A stretch of 64,000 nucleotides of DNA from Macrostomum lignano (taxonomy: Eukaryota). Of the stretch, positions 26,890 through 37,810 are shown in pieces. The position numbers were made by a program, and so were the translations under genes. Position 1 is the stretch's first letter, and each line of letters begins with the position of its first letter. The stretch is from positions 124,001-188,000 of the forward strand of contig NIVC01001100.1 of the NCBI GenBank assembly GCA_002269645.1, written 5' to 3'. The notes below the pieces were generated by a model that was given only the letters and a program-made list of their open reading frames with translations, had not been told where the DNA came from and did not search any database.

Positions 26890-28405
26890 GGCGTCCATGT
26901 AGGCGGAGCGCTTCGATCTTACTGGTGTCCCTGGAGGCGGAACGCATCTTACCGGCGTCCCTGGAGGCGGAGCGCATCTTACCGGCGTCCCTGGAGGCGG
27001 AGCGCATCTTACCGGTGTCCCTGGAGGCGGAGCGCTTCGATCTTACGGGTATCCCTGAAGGCGGAGCGCATCTTACCGGTGTCCCTGGAGGCGGAGCGCA
27101 TCTTACCGGCGTCCCTGGAGGCGGAGCGCATCTTACCGGTGTCCCTGGAGGCGGAGCGCATCTTACCGGCGTCCCTGGAGGCGGAGCGCATCTTACCGGT
27201 GTCCCTGGAGGCGGAGCGCATCTTACCGGCGTCCATGTAGGCGGAGCGCTTCGATCTTACTGGTGTCCCTGGAGGCGGAACGCATCTTACCGGCGTCCCT
27301 GGAGGCGGAGCGCATCTTACCGGCGTCCCTGGAGGCGGAGCGCATCTTACCGGTGTCCCTGGAGGCGGAGCGCTTCGATCTTACGGGTATCCCTGAAGGT
27401 GGAGCGCATCTTACCGGCGTCCCTGGAGGCGGAGCGCTTCTTACCGGTGTCCCTGGAGGCGGAGCGCTTCGATCTTACGGGTATCCCTGAAGGTGGAGCG
27501 CATCTTACCGGCGTCCCTGGAGGCGGAGCGCATCTTACCGGCGTCCCTGGAGGCGGAGCGCATCTTACCGGTGTCCCTGGAGGCGGAGCGCATCTTACCG
27601 GCGTCCCTGGAGGCGGAGCGCATCTTACCGGTGTCCCTGGAGGCGGAGCGCATCTTACCGGCGTCCATGTAGGCGGAGCGCTTCGATCTTACTGGTGTCC
27701 CTGGAGGCGGAACGCATCTTACCGGCGTCCCTGGAGGCGGAGCGCATCTTACCGGCGTCCCTGGAGGCGGAGCGCATCTTACCGGTGTCCCTGGAGGCGG
27801 AGCGCTTCGATCTTACGGGTATCCCTGAAGGTGGAGCGCATCTTTCCGGCGTCCCTGGAGGCGGAGCGCTTCTTACCGGTGTCCCTGGAGGCGGAGCGCT
27901 TCGATCTTACGGGTATCCCTGAAGGTGGAGCGCATCTTACCGGCGTCCCTGGAGGCGGAGCGCATCTTACCGGCGTCCCTGGAGGCGGAGCGCATCTTAC
28001 CGGCGTCCCTGGAGGCGGAGCGAATCTTACCGGTGTCCCTGGAGGCGGAGCGCATCTTACCGGCGTCCCTGGAGGCGGAGCGCATCTTACCGGCGTCCCT
28101 GGAGGCGGAGCGCATCTTACCGGCGTCCCTGGAGGCGGAGCGCTTCGATCTTACGGGTATCCCTGAAGGTGGAGCGCATCTTACCGGCGTCCCTGGAGGC
28201 GGAGCGCTTCGATCTTACGGGTATCCCTGAAGGTGGAGCGCTTCTTACTGGTGTCCCTGGAGGCGGAGCGCTTCTTACCGGCGTCCCTGGAGGCGGAGCG
28301 CTTCTTACCGGCGTCCCTGAAAGTGGAGCGCATCTTACCGGTGTCCCTGGAGGCGGAGCGCTTTTTACCGGTGTCCCTGGAGGCGGAGCGCTTCCTGCCG
28401 GCTTA
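26890..28405. repeat. GC/CpG-rich 30-nt minisatellite (ggcgtccctggaggcggagcgcatcttacc) with 34-nt variants and a 432-nt higher-order period
   Basis: Direct reading; equivalent minus-strand ORF boundaries at 27009, 27441 and 27873. Confidence 0.95.
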
Positions 28406-28658
28406 CCTAAGAGGGGGATGAGACTGGTGTTAGGACTACAATTGCTTATTCGTTCCTACAGTGGCACTTAATTCCTTAAAAATGGTACTGCACTTCTAAA
28501 AGAGGTCAAGCTGAAGATAGCAACACGCATACATCGAGCCAACAACTTAATGGAATGAGAAATCTTGCAACCAAGACTTCAATTTCAGTTTGTAGACTAT
28601 AGGCCGGGAAACGGACCTACATAGCATTACCAAATATTTTGAGATGTGTATAGGGGTT

Positions 28659-28963
28659 TAATATTAATAATAACTGATTACACCTGCCTAATAGGCAGAT
28701 GTGCAATCGACAGCTCAGCCGCAGCTATTGCGCGGCGCATCTAAAGGCTGCGTACGGCTGTTCAGTCCAAGGACTGGGGGTCGCCACACACACCCTCAAT
28801 TACCCCAGCTAATGCTGGCACCCATTTTACAGCTGAGTGAACTGAAGCAATGCAGAGTTAAGTATCTTTCTTAAGGACACAAATTGTTCCGAGTGGGTTG
28901 GGAATCGAACCCCCGACCTTCCAGTCGTGAGTCCGACGCTCTCACCACTAGGCTAGAACCCCC
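28659..28963 (-). mobile_element. Same SINE family, full-length copy
   Basis: Reverse complement begins gggggttctagcctagtggtgagagcgtcggactcacg and runs through the CORE-like domain to a TTA tail. A possible 6-bp TSD (ggttta) lies on both sides. Confidence 0.88.
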
Positions 28964-30454
28964 AGGTTTAGAAAAATAATATATTAGAGGTTGAAAATTT
29001 GAAAGCATGACCTAAGTATAGGCATCAGCAACAAGTCTCTGCACATGGTGTCATGAAATTTCCTTATACTTTGAATCGAATGTTAGCAGCTGTGTAAAAA
29101 TAACTGAGTTTTGTTTGTTTAAAATCAATTTAATCGATAGATTTCTAGCTGACACTTTCTCATTCGCCTCTGCAGGCTTAAGCCAACCTGCTGCAGAGTG
29201 TCTGATAATAGATTAACCCAAACCAAATTAAGCCAATGGGAACATTGTGCATCCAAATCCATTAAGCAGATTTCGGCTGTCGGCAATTGATGCTTAGAGT
29301 CATATAAAAGATCTCTCTGAGCTCCAATATAATTTATTTCCCTAGCTAGCCGCGGGCGATCGGTACAAGCGCAGTGTACATGTATGCAGCTGCACATGTA
29401 GAGATTAAATTATGCTATTCGGGTGTATCCTCCAGACTGTTTTGTACGGGCCGGGAATTTGCTTAACGTATTCAGAGAATGAAGTCGCAAGACTTGACAA
29501 ATCTCTCAAGATGTTATGTTATGATCGCAGCGGAGCCTTTCTGCCTGATTGAGACGTCGATCGGAATGCATCGTGACTAATGCGTCATTGGGAAGATGGA
29601 GGGATAATCTCCGTTAAGTGCAATCTGACTTGATTGAAGTGGTTCAATTGCCGCGAGTCCTGACTTTTCCTCGATACTAACTTTATCCTTTGTTTTTATT
29701 TCTGCAAAAATCAACCTTTGGTCCGCAGTTTAGAACTATACATGCAGATGATGCTGCTGATATTGGACAATATTTGTATTGATTTCAGTTTCAAAACTGA
29801 GATTATTTTTGCTAGCTGCGATATAATATTGTGCAGGTGGTCACTGGGAGTGGTGCGACAGAATTATGGCATATTGCAACAGACGCTCATGCTTTAGATC
29901 GGGAGAAGCGCGATATATTTAAACTCATAAAGAGGACTGCACAGTTCATGTTTGCCATTCAACTATTAGCTCTCGTTACAAACCTGTGCAATTACGTCTG
30001 TATGTATAGGTAATAAAATTCTTTGATCACCTTAATTAATTTCGCCCTAAATAGTAGTCTTTCCCCTCGACCCTCGATCACATCATATAGTCTCCCCCTG
30101 ACCAGATTAAACATGTATAGTTTCTCCCCTGACAAATACTATGCATCCAATATTGTATGACTCATGAGCAGTAGAGTTCAAATCTCCAATGGTATTGAAT
30201 GTTGAATCCCAAAAAGTCATTAGAAAGTGGAAGGTTATTTTCTGTTTTAATTTTTAGCCTTATATACTTCTATATATATATATATATATAGTATAATTAA
30301 CATTATTTAAACTTTATTGGACACACTTATTGGAAAGCTTAATTGAACTCGCTTAGGGTAGGCCTAGAGGATTCATTTGTTATTCCTACTAAATGGTAAA
30401 TTTTCGAATTGAATTTCGGCGAAATCTTTAATGATGATGATGATGATGATGATG

Positions 30455-32266
30455 AAACCCAGCCAATCCCAATATCTAAAGGTGTTCTTCAAGGCAACCC
30501 TCTCTCTACCATCCTTTTTGAACTATATATTGACGACATTGTTGAATATCTTGAACTCTCTAGCGCTAGGCGCTCTCTTACGAGATCTGCTTTCCCACTC
30601 ATCCTACTCTTTGCAGACGATCAAGCCATTCTAGCTAAAAACAAAGACGAACTTCAAGACACATTTACGACTATGGAAAATTACTGCAAACAAAATTACT
30701 TGAAAGTAAACGCAAGCAAAACAAAGTTCATGCAGGGCAATACCAGACAAAAAAACGACACAGAAAGCATTGCTACAAAAATATACTACGACAACCAAGA
30801 AATAGAGGAAGTAAATGAATTTAAATACCTGGGAATTATTTTTGAACCAAAAAACAGCTTTAAAAAATGTATTGAACACCAAACTAAGCAGGGATATACA
30901 GCCATGTTTTCCCTACTCCATAGGGTAAAGAATACGTCCCTAGACATCACACTCATTCGCAGACTATTTGACGCGCTTGTTACCCCCGTTATCACTTACG
31001 GTTGTGAGCTCTGGGGCCCTCTGGCTACCATGTCTGATACAAAAGCTATTGATAATATTCAGCTGAAATTCTACAAATATCTCCTCAATCTACCAAAATT
31101 TGCTAGCAACAGTGTGGTATCATCAGAACTTGAGCTTACTCCAATCTCTCAACGAATCGCTAAAACCTACCTCATCTACTGGCTGAAGATTAGACACAAA
31201 AAACTCTGCCAAACGACTCTAGAAATTTTCTACTCAAACACCGGCCAAAAAAATCCATGGAAAATGAATGTACTAAAGAAACTAGAAAGTATAGACCTAA
31301 AAGCACTAACTGAAGATAAACTTTCCCAAAGCTTTAATAACGAGAAATACCTAGTGAAAAAGCACCTCAAGATACACAGAGAAAGAGAACTTAGCCAAAA
31401 GCTAGAGAATCAGCAACATATTAAACTCTACAAAAACGCCTATCTCTACAAAAAAATCTGCAGGCCCGACCTTTCAGATTTCTTTCCATGTACATTTAGA
31501 AACAAAAAATTCTTAACAACCCTCCTAAAACTGAAATGCGAGATTACACCCAACTTTTTTCTCAAGAACCATGTAAAATGTGTGGAGCGCGAAATGGTTC
31601 TGACATTCTACACTACTTGACCGAATGTCCACAAACTGAAGAGATCAGGAAAAAATACTTCTGTCAATACCTCTTAAATAGCAATCAAATACACAAGATA
31701 GGATATGCTACAAATGAAAAAAGAGTCAGAAAAGAGCTCACTGGTGTAGCTAAAATATATGAAGTCATGAATAGCTAAAACAGTTAAACAAACTGAATCA
31801 GATACATCAGCAGTGTAACAAATCCGCTTTTCAGTTGTTTATTCATTTACTGTCTTTTTTAATTTCCTATATTTAAATCGTCGTTATTCGTTAAACGTAA
31901 AATTCTTTCGAAGTATTGTTTATGTTCGTTTTTCACGCTTTGAAATATCACGCGCTTTCAAAAATACTACATCTTTTTTTTTTTTTTACAAACTCGCTTA
32001 CCAAAGTAATCTCGCAATTAAAGCTATACCTCGTAATTTGTACTCATTTTTGTATTAATATTTATACTCGTTGTCACTTTTCGTCTAAAAATACCGTAAA
32101 AATTCTGGCGCGCTTTCAAATACTTTATCTTTTACAATAACTCAGCAAATCGTCGTCAAATCGTCTTTATAAACTTCTATATTCGAAAATTCCAAATACA
32201 TAGCTCTATAATATATTGGCCAAACAGGCTAATTGCCTGAGCCAAATTCTCTTACTACTACTTACT
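30455..32266 (+). mobile_element. 5'-truncated non-LTR retrotransposon (LINE); C-terminal part of reverse transcriptase plus a Cys/His motif, 3' UTR and short tandem tail
   Basis: GVLQGNPLSTILFELYIDD, LLFADD, LKVNASKTKFM and FKYLGIIF are RT motifs. CKMC..DILHYLTECP lies in a second frame (31536-31778). The element ends in cttactactacttact. Clade not assigned. Confidence 0.9.
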
Positions 32267-32651
32267 TTATAAATGAAATAAGAGCTAGGTCGATAGTTAC
32301 TCTGCCAAGTTTCTTTCGTACAACTCGTACCATAAGCATGATGGGGCCTACTATGGCGAGCATGCAGCATAAGCCTAAGCCTAACTTGGGCGAGGCTCTT
32401 AAGTAAATAAAATAGCAGAAAGCTGTCAGTTAAGGCCTATTCATTTAATTTGATAAACTTAGGCTATAGGCCTAGTCTTATTTATTTTATGGCCTAGATG
32501 GACGAAGTCTAAGCGGCCCCTAAGCCTTAAGTAAACTAGAATACTTATAATTTTTTGATGATCCTTTATTTTCTATGCAACAGAAACTCAATGGACTCTT
32601 TAAAAGCTTTAAACTCTGTGTTGTGCATAAACCATTTTCAAGGTAGTCATT

Positions 32652-33415
32652 ATTTGCATGGTACCTTGTAAATAGTGCCAGTGTTATTTACACAGTAACT
32701 GAAATAAATACCTTATAAATAGTTATCCTATCAGGGACTACCCACTATTTGTCTCTGTATCTTTTATTTTCATAATGAGTTTAAACTAATCAAAGTTGGT
32801 AGATGGAGTTTAGGTGTGATTTAAATGTTAATAATAGCTTAGCATTTTTTATTAACTTGTAGTACTTGTACTATTATTAATGCAAAGTATGAAGGATTTC
32901 TCAAAACAAACAAACAAGAATTAGCCTTCAAAAGGATAGATTTGTGGTCAAATGTTATTGGACCATAGAATAGGCCTAGTATATATATATATATATATAT
33001 ACAAAAAAATCAGAAAATGTTGTAGCAACAAAAAGCTATAAAATAACACCTAAAACACTAAAATCAGTTATAAAATAAAAAAAATTACAGATATTTTACT
33101 GCAAAAACATGCTTTTTTGCCCAAAACAGCATAGTTTCTAATGTATTTGACTTTGAGATAAAGAAAAAACATCATTTTTTGAAAGAAAAAACTTCATAAC
33201 TTTTTTATTATTTGATCAATTTTCAAAAGTCTAGTGTCATTTCACTTATAACATCCAGGGCTACAACATGGCATGCTTAAAAAATTGGATTTTGAAAAAA
33301 ATTTCTCATTGGACCTCCTAGTCCATAGCTACAAGTAGTAAATAGTATATAAAACTAGTCTTTTTTAGTTACTGTGTAAACAATACTGGCATTATTTATA
33401 CGGTACCATGCAAAT
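32652..33415. mobile_element. Non-autonomous TIR element (MITE-like), 52-bp inverted repeats
   Basis: 32652-32703 is the reverse complement of 33364-33415 at 46/52 positions (atttgcatggtacc...ggtaccatgcaaat). AT-rich non-coding interior; no clear TSD. Confidence 0.65.
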
Positions 33416-35159
33416 TACAAGTGCCCATTTTTCAACCTAATAATAATATTGAGAAAATTAAAATTTGTTCATTTATTAATTAGATATAATTTATCTAACT
33501 AGCTTAACCCTAACACCTAGGCCTAACAAGAAAATTTTAGGTACCATAGCTAAAAATTCCTTTATATTTTAAGCTAAGATTAGGCAAAAAGTGGCTAAAA
33601 TTAGGCATATTAGACAGTTAAAAATTAAACAGCTTGGGCCTAGCAAATACACACAAATTTGGCAATAAACAAATTTAGCAATTGAAATTTTTAATACAGA
33701 AAATTTAGCAAAAGCAAACTTGGCAACAATCTAAGTAAATTCAGTGATACATCTTTTTATAGCTAAAAACAAGTTTAGTAAAACTATATGTAAGCCTAAT
33801 ACTTTCTCAAAATGCTTGCAAAAGTTATAAAGATAAAATAATAGCTGCATAAGTATGTTAAAAAACCATAAATAAAATTGTGTTGTAAATTGGACATCCT
33901 CCATCTTTGAGATTATAGTGGTGCATGCAGGCCATTTAACATTTTAAATTTTGTCATTTTCTTTGCATGGCATATTTTTGTAAATCCTTTTCCCCAACAT
34001 TGTAACCAATTGAAGGACCTTATTAGGCATACAAGAAAATTGTGCATCTCATTTCTTCAAGTCTAAAAAGTTAGTTTTTTAGTAAATAAAACAAATAATA
34101 AAATTCAAAATGACACTTCACCATAAAGTTTAGGCTAATTCTTTTGTCAATTTTCTATGTGAGCTAAAAAACAGTTTTTAGTTTAAAAAACCCTATAAAA
34201 GTCAAAAGGTATGAAAATTTATCCATTTTTTAAATTTTTTTAATTGGACTTCTATCACTTTTAGTGGTACTCGAATTAGTGCTCTAGCTATGTTTTTGTC
34301 AGTAAACTAATATAGGCCTCAGCACATAAATTTGTATTTTAGTTTTGCGCATAGTGAATACTCCAAAAATTTGCTAAAATATATTCTTGCACATGTGACA
34401 CCTTCCTAAGTATGGCTGAATACTCTGTTTGCCAGGTCTTCAATTCTGAGGGGGGGGGGGTAGTTGTATTAATCATAGTCTTTGTCAGGCATGGTCATTC
34501 AGTTTGGGTCCTTAGATATTATAAATTCAAGATATGCCAATTTGCTGAGTTAGTTACTTTTAGTAGAGTAGCACTGCTACCACTGTATTACTGTATTTAT
34601 GTATTAATTACAGAATGTTAAATTTTTAGAACTCATTCGGAGTTAAGATTAATTGGTTATTTTATACCCTTGCAGGTAAATAACTCAATATAAAACTATG
34701 TCAAGTGTATATACAATTAAAACACAAACCAATTAAGGAAGGTATTAAAATGAAAGGTAATAAAATATTAAAAGTAGCAGGTTAGGAAAGAGGCATAAGA
34801 ACTGTGTGGCCTGGGCCAGGCCTTATAAATAGTAAGCAAAAACATTAGATCCACACATGGGGTGACAGATAAGGCAAGTGCAGGGGCAACAGGTGGGACA
34901 ATAGGTGGGGCCACAGAAAACATTAAACAAACAAAACAAGGCTGACAGAAGGGGCAAAGAATGGGACAAGGGAAGGCCACTAGAAGGGGCAAGTGACAGA
35001 AAATATGTCATGCAAATGTCCATCAAATAACTAGTGGTAGTTTGCGCTACTACAGGTGCAAAGGCAATAGCAAACAAAGATAGTCTCCTGGCTGTTACTG
35101 GAGTTGTCCACTACAGGATGAGCTGGAAGTGCATCCGCTGCGGCCAGATACATACATGT

Positions 35160-35309
35160 GCAACTTTGGGAATCACCTGGCCATTTCTATTGGCAACACA
35201 CACATGTAAGTCGCCATTGGCTGAGAGCAGTCACGTGACTACTTTTCTATCCAATAGCAACTTACATGTGTGTTGCCAATAGAAACGGCCGAGTGAATCC
35301 CAAGGTTGC
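35160..35309. repeat. Imperfect palindrome (about 60-bp arms) centred on AGTCACGTGACT
   Basis: 35160-35220 pairs with 35251-35309; perfect 12-bp palindrome at 35229-35240; several CCAAT/ATTGG motifs in the arms. Confidence 0.85.
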
Positions 35310-37810
35310 GCCCAAGCATAGCCAGATATGCGAGATTCGTGCTCTGCCTTGGCCATACTAGCAAGACGGCCTTGGTAGCAAAGCTGTAGGATAGCTGGCA
35401 GCATGCCTTGGCCCAGAGTGGCAACATACTCAACCCCTAGGCTAACAATGGCACTAAAAAATAAATTGGGGGCTTCACAAAGTAATGGAAATGCAATTGA
35501 GCAATAATTTATTGTATTGCATGTAGATATATATATTATATTGCTGTGTTGATGCAGGCTTTTACCATAAAGCCTAAGGCTAGATATCAGAGCATAGAGG
35601 TGCAGGTTTATTGTATTGCATTGATTAAATGTGAGTATAAGATTAAGCATAAGCGCCAAAATGAACACTGCTTTTATCCCTCAAGCATAAGGACTACTAA
35701 TAGTAATGTGCATTATTAGTTAGCTTCTAGGTGCAACATTAAATTTGTTATTACATACCTTAGAGTTCCACTTCCATGCCAATGCCAGACAGATCCAGGT
35801 CACCTTTGGCTAGCACTTTTGGATGGCGCAAGCTTGGTTCAAACAGCTGGCTGCCTTGTAGTTCAGGCTGAGTTGCGGCTTTCTGTTCTAGAGCAAGCTG
35901 ATTGGTTGGGTCTACTTCACTATGTCACTCAACTTGTAGGGCAGCATTGGCTGCTCAGTTTGGTGATGCAGCTCTTGCAGTTAATCTGCTATCATCTAAG
36001 AACAAGTTTATAAATTTATCACATTTCTTAATCAAGTGAAAATAGGGATGATTTTAAATAGACTAAATTGACAAAAGGCCCATTCATACTACTATCAAAC
36101 AATATATTAGGCCCTGACTCAATAAAAAAATATACAAAGACATAAATTTTAAGGGCAAAACTTCTTAAGAAATTAGGATTAATTATATAGTGAAAGTGAG
36201 TGAGCCTTTATAAAACAGGTTAACAAATTTCTTGGATAACATTTTGCATTGTCACAAATTATAGTCTAAGGGTTATATTGTCAAATAGGCCATTGTTGAA
36301 AACAAGCTTCCAAATAGAGCCTTGGTTCTCCTGGTCACTTAAGGCAATAGTAGATTGTATATTTTTCTGAAATCTATCGCATAGCTAGATAGATAGATAG
36401 ATACAGACAACTCATTTTTAGTATATGGGACTTGTTGCTTCTAGCTTAGTAGCAGATATGATAACACTTTGTTGGTCTTGGCTAGCTATCTTATTGTGCA
36501 ATCTTTTAGAAAATGTCTATAGATTGACAGGAATAGTTGCCTAAGCAGCCTTAGTTGCCTAAGTTGCTAATTTCTTGCTCCTTTCAGTGTGCTCTACCAA
36601 TTCCTATATGTTGGCCTCTAGAAACTTAGTGAACATTCTTTGTCTACTGCACCTCTTGTACAATATCCAAGCATTATAAAGCTTCAAAAACTACTTTTTT
36701 ATTTTCTTACCTGGCAGATGGGGCTGCATTTGACTATGTAATCTGTAAATGTTACCTATGCACCAATTGTAGGAAAGTGTTGACCTAATTTTTTGTACTA
36801 TTGTTTCTACAATAACAATAGTACAAAGGTGATTTGTTAATGGCCAGATCTTCGGCATAGTCAAAAACAGAGCAGACACAGAAGCTGTTTGAGCAGTCAT
36901 GAGAGAAAGCTTCAGCTGCTTAAAATTAAGGTGTTGTGTAATAGTTGCCTGTGTTCCAATACTCATTAATTTAGTAATCTTGTCAGAGACTATGTAGAGA
37001 TGCATTCCTAGGGCTTTCTTTATCTGATTTGCACTGCAGTCTCTCCATTGCCCAAAACTCACAGGTAGGTCCTCAGCATTGACTGAGTGAATTGCTGCTT
37101 ATTGGTCCACTTTGCAAGGTCTTCAGAGGCTTATCTAGCAAAATAGCCTAGAAATAAGGCAGTACTTGCTCAACAATTTTGAACTGTAATTACTAGATTC
37201 AGTCCAGGTATCCCTAGAAATTTGTTTATAGTCTTCAGCACATCTTGACCAGCAACTTCAGCATTCTAGGAAAGCTTGTCTATCTCTTCATCAGGTGTAA
37301 TTATGCCAGAAATCGATTGACTGTCTGTTTCATCCAGCAATGGTGGCATAGTTTTGAGTAGTAGATACTTTAAGAAGACTTGTTTCAGTTGCAAAATATA
37401 TCTAAGTTAGTTTATGAAGGCTTTGATTTTCACTGTTTCCCTAGGCTATACATTTTTAGCAGACTGGGTGACATAGTCATAGACTGGGAAAGCTATCCTT
37501 CTTAAGTGGAATATATTTTTATATTTATCAAAAAGTGGTACTCACCTTTCAAAGGATACCAGCTGCCATATCGATCCAAATTCTGGAATTTCGGGTATAC
37601 AATTTCCTCTACCAAGTAATACTTATGTATTGTGTATGTTTTTTATTCAATTTGTGACATATCTTGGGACATGTTTTATACTATAATCTATCCAATATTA
37701 ACTTTTCAGATTCTAACCTGACACATTCAATATTTAGCTTTAAAAGCTTTCTTAACGTGTTGTTTAAAACTTTGAAAAATTGAATTTCGACACTATCTAT
37801 GAGCAAAAAA

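Noticed and set aside
26925-28471. 413-aa Gly-rich ORF (GGAHLTGVPG)n as a structural protein
   Set aside because: 34-nt variant units shift the frame repeatedly, it has a GTG start, and no flanking splice signals were found.
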